54,687 nucleotides of DNA from Octopus bimaculoides (lineage: Eukaryota), in assembly GCF_001194135.2 (NCBI RefSeq), contig NC_068984.1, forward strand, positions 8,529,341-8,584,027. Direction: 5' to 3'. Below the pieces are notes generated by a model, which saw only the letters and a program-made list of their open reading frames with translations, was not told the DNA's origin and ran no database searches. Of the stretch, positions 51,092 through 54,687 are shown piece by piece. Numbering within the stretch: the first letter of the stretch is position 1; each line of letters begins with the position of its first letter. The translations under genes and the position numbers were made by a program.

Positions 51092-52262
51092 AAAAGAACA
51101 TCTAAGAGAAATCTACAGTGAATAAACGAAATTACTAAACGGAAACAAGCTAAACGTAAAACAAAACTTGAAGAAAACATCAACAACTTGCGCCGCCATA
51201 TCGGATAGTTAGTTCAGTGCAACAATAAAATGTAAGGAGAAAAATGAGTTTACACCTCACCAACTCTACCTCAGACAAAAATAAATGAAACTTAATGGCA
51301 ACTCTTCACACCGAGCTCTCGGGGGAAAGTTAATCACTTTAAAACATGAATTCAGGACGACGAGCGAGAAACTCCGCTATCGCAAGCGAATTTTTGAGCG
51401 AGCCAGGTCCAATCGCAAGTTTGTTTCCGACTCACAAGCATTATACAGAGAGATGAGGAAGGAAAATATTACCATTAAAAAAAGCTCCCTCCCATGAAGA
51501 TCATTCTGGTCAAAAATTTGGAACGAAAAGAGGGATTTCAACCTGAATGCATCATGGTTAAATACAATTGAGAGAGAATACTATACGTACACTAATAGTA
51601 AAACATACAAAAGTGATGCAGAAACTTTCACTATAGCAGTAGGCAAACTGCAGAATAGGAATGCACCTGGAAGGGACCTAATATTTGAATATTTTATATT
51701 CAAATTTGCTTACCTAAACATTATGTACAAATTGTACACAAGTTGCCTCAACCAATTCTTCCAGGACCAAAGTGAGTTGAACAACATTGTTACTGATGAA
51801 CAGGATGGTGGAAAGAAGGGAGTGTGGGGATGTGCTGAACAACATTTAATAAACGAAGCTGTCCTGACTGAAGTAAGAAAACAACGCAGAAACCTTGCAA
51901 CAATATGGTTTGACTATCAGAAGGCATTCGACTCTATCCTTCTTTCATTGCTGTTGAAGTGCCTACACCTGGCAAAGGTACCGACTACCTTAATTGCTTC
52001 CATAGAGAGATTCACAAAGACATAAACAACTATTCTTACCCTTAAAACTGAGAACCGAATACTTGTGTCTGATAGTATAGGCGTTACAAAAGGAATATTC
52101 CAGGGGGATAGTCTTTCTGTACTTCTTTTCATTTTGGCACTGAGTCCATTACCGTTCCTAATGCAGAAAACAAATGGTTACATGCTAGGATCTTCAACTG
52201 CCAGACATATCAATGTAACTCATAATTTCTTTGTAGACGACCTGCAGATTTATAACAGTTTT
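51054..52262 (+). mobile_element. R4-like non-LTR reverse transcriptase fragment, degenerate
   Basis: FWSKIWN; NAPGRD; EQDGGKKGVWGCAEQHLIN; WFDYQKAFDSI; GIFQGDSLSVLLFILALSPL; THNFFVDDLQIY (catalytic DD retained). Stops, frameshifts and an internal deletion. Confidence 0.9.
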
Positions 52263-52306
52263 TAACAATTCCAACAAACGACAGTAATTAATAACGTTTA
52301 GTCCAA

Positions 52307-52867
52307 AATTTTGTGGTTTTGGAACCTAGCAGTTCTTTCTAGCGTAAGGAATCCCATAAGTGGATGCCTCTTATGTATTTAAATACACACTGTACCTCAT
52401 GAGTAATCCATAGTCTTTGGACTAAACTTTTATACGCTAGGCCACATGGAAGTGAGAATTTTATTAATTTCCATTCCCCTTTGATATGATTAAGTATAAA
52501 TTTTTTGGATAATTTTCGAATTTTAAAAGTTGGCATTTTTATTGCCGGCTAGGAGCTGCCCCTTCGAAGTAGATCTGAAAAAAATTAGGATGCATAAACG
52601 GGAGGCATGGAATTGATTACCTCGTGTTTATATACTTTAGTCTTGGGTGTACCTGTTGATAACGACTTCATCTAGCAAATTATCTTAATTGCTAAATTAA
52701 GTCAGAAACCAATTGGTCCAGGCGAACACGGTAAAAGTTTTTATTTTTCATTTCGTTCCTTTCGAAATTTTACCCTAATTTTGTGGTTCTGGAATCTAGC
52801 AGTTCTTTCTAGCATAAGGAATCCCATGAGTGGATTCCTCTTATGTATTTAAATATACACTGTACCT
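52307..52867. repeat. 91 bp direct repeats 470 bp apart
   Basis: 52307-52397 versus 52777-52867: 6 mismatches, no gaps. Confidence 0.95.
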
Positions 52868-52940
<73 letters not shown>

Positions 52941-53217
52941 TATTCGTATTTGTATTTGGTTTGCAAGGTTCTTGATTTGAATTCGTGTGTTGAAGGAAAT
53001 AATATTGAATCTTGTGAGGGACAGGACGCCCGTAATAATATACACACGCATTGGTTCGGTCATTTATTATTTTTGTTAGTCAATGGGTTAGTTACACCAC
53101 TAACAAATTTATCGATCAGCCGTTTTCTTTTACTAGTCTTTCTAACTTTGGGCAAACAGTTAATCGATAATTCAAATTTTCTGTATTATTCATGTTGTCA
53201 TTTCTTTTCTTTTCTTT

Positions 53218-53263
53218 TGTCGAATAGTTATTTCATCGTATTTTTGCAACCTCTTCAGTGACA
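53218..53263 (-). ncRNA. Possible hammerhead relic
   Basis: Minus strand: TGTCA CTGAAGA ggttgcaaaaatacgat GAAA ta ac ta T T cGACA. Core intact, helix I 4 of 5, helix II does not pair. Confidence 0.3.
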
Positions 53264-54009
53264 CGTCACTCTACTTCCATTTCCTTTGAACTTATATTCC
53301 AGCGTTGGGATTTGTCCGAGATCTGCCCGAGATGTGTATGCCTGTATGTGTGTGTATGCGTCCGTATGTGCGTATGTGTGTTTTTTTTAAATACTGACTT
53401 GTGTCACATTTCATATACATAAGATAGCTTAATAGTACTACCTGGTAGGATGTTAGGTCATTGTTAATACATGGTTTGTAGTATCGTCCCATCCGAGTAG
53501 GGAGTGTATATATAGATATACACACATATGTCTACACATAATTTCATGTATGCATGCATAAATACACAAGTAAATGTATGTATGGGTGTATGTATATATG
53601 CAAAAATAGAATTAGTAAAATAGAGTATCGTATCCCAAGAGGATCAATAAAATGAGTTACCAATCATATATGGATGCCGATTCAATCCATAAAATCTTCT
53701 CTCTGCAACTAAAGGATATATGACATATTCAGAAATCGATATTGCACCACTGAGATAATAAGATCTATATTTTAGAATGATCAACATAAATCTAAATTTT
53801 GGAGAATAGTTGAGAATAATTTAAATATATTCCACTTATGACAGCTGAAATTTCTCTCATTTAACTTTTAAATTGCATCACACAGTTTAATAATAAATCA
53901 AAATGTATTCACTTTTGTTTTTCTTCTCTGTAAAGTAGTATAATTGCTTTAGAAATTTACAGACGTCTCCTCCTGCCATACACTGCTTTCCATACGTAAT
54001 TATGGTTTC

Positions 54010-54432
54010 AAATTTCGGTACCAGGCCAGTAATTTTACTGGAGTGACAATACGTTTACATCGGCCCAAGTCATGAACTGGCACTTATTTTATCGATTGCA
54101 GCATAGTAGAGCTGGACGAAATTTGAATTCAGAACGTAAAAACACGAAAGAAGAATTCCTAAGCTTTCTGTTTGACGTGTAATTGATTGGGCCAGGCTAT
54201 TGCTTCTACTTACGGAATAATACTTTCATATTTTGGCACAAGATCGGCAGTTTTAGGGAATGAGTTACGTCGATTACATTAATTTAGTGCTTCATTGATA
54301 TCTATTTAAACGAGCGCGGAATGCTAAAAAGCAAAGTCGACCTCAAATGAATTTGAATCCAGAAGTCCATGAGTTGTAAGAAATATCGCTTAGCATTTTT
54401 TCCTGACGAGCTAACGATTCTGACAGCTTGCG
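54010..54432 (-). mobile_element. Two highly eroded SINE family 1 copies
   Basis: aatttgaattcagaacgtaaa (about 54120) and gcaaagtcgacctc...aatttgaatccagaa...cgcttagcatttt...gctaacgattctgacagct (54330-54430). Confidence 0.7.
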
Positions 54433-54687
54433 GATTTTATTTGCAAAGTAGAAATAGATATTTCTCATGGTCATAAACGAAATTTCAACCAGGGAAGTTT
54501 TTTTTTTTTTCTTGATTTTCAAAATACATCAATTAACCCTCTAATTTACAATGATAATACTTTTTTCTATGTCACTTTATTTAGATAATTTCGCTAGAAT
54601 CAGTTTTCTAGGATGGGAGGAAATAAATAAGTTAATAATTTGCTTTAAATCAATGATATTCTCATAGTAAATGAGAGTTATACGGAC

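Overview
AT-rich, microsatellite-saturated metazoan nuclear DNA from a gapped short-read scaffold, with 9 N-runs that mostly abut microsatellites. Composition and the repeat families point to a coleoid cephalopod, most likely Octopus (inference from recognised repeats, not from a search). I find no host protein-coding gene, rRNA, tRNA gene or CRISPR array that I can support. Almost every ORF in the supplied track is a microsatellite or N-run artefact. The protein-like segments I can recognise are dead retroelement or transposon pieces: a Penelope-like (PLE) RT copy at 34.75-37.23 kb, a second PLE fragment at 29.47-29.84 kb, R4/Dong-clade restriction-like-endonuclease LINE pieces at 37.9-38.7, 39.8-40.8 and 51.05-52.26 kb, an RTE-clade piece at 1.5-2.0 kb and a mariner N-terminus at 31.8-32.1 kb. 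There are also more than 30 copies of four tRNA-headed SINE families. The most interesting signals are RNA-level and not visible in the ORF track. First, there are several minimal type I hammerhead ribozyme motifs of the PLE-associated kind; one at 9893-9951 has an intact core with all three helices, and the others are decayed. Second, fold-back hairpins recur at retroelement junctions (23, 38, 102 and about 185 bp arms); in the 102 bp hairpin all six transitions are G-U compatible on the + strand, which could be a retro-fixed A-to-I editing footprint. Third, microsatellite-associated retroelements and SINE concatemers generate long dsRNA potential. A TATA plus octamer promoter candidate at 8.28-8.55 kb is the best hint of a host transcription unit but is unproven.
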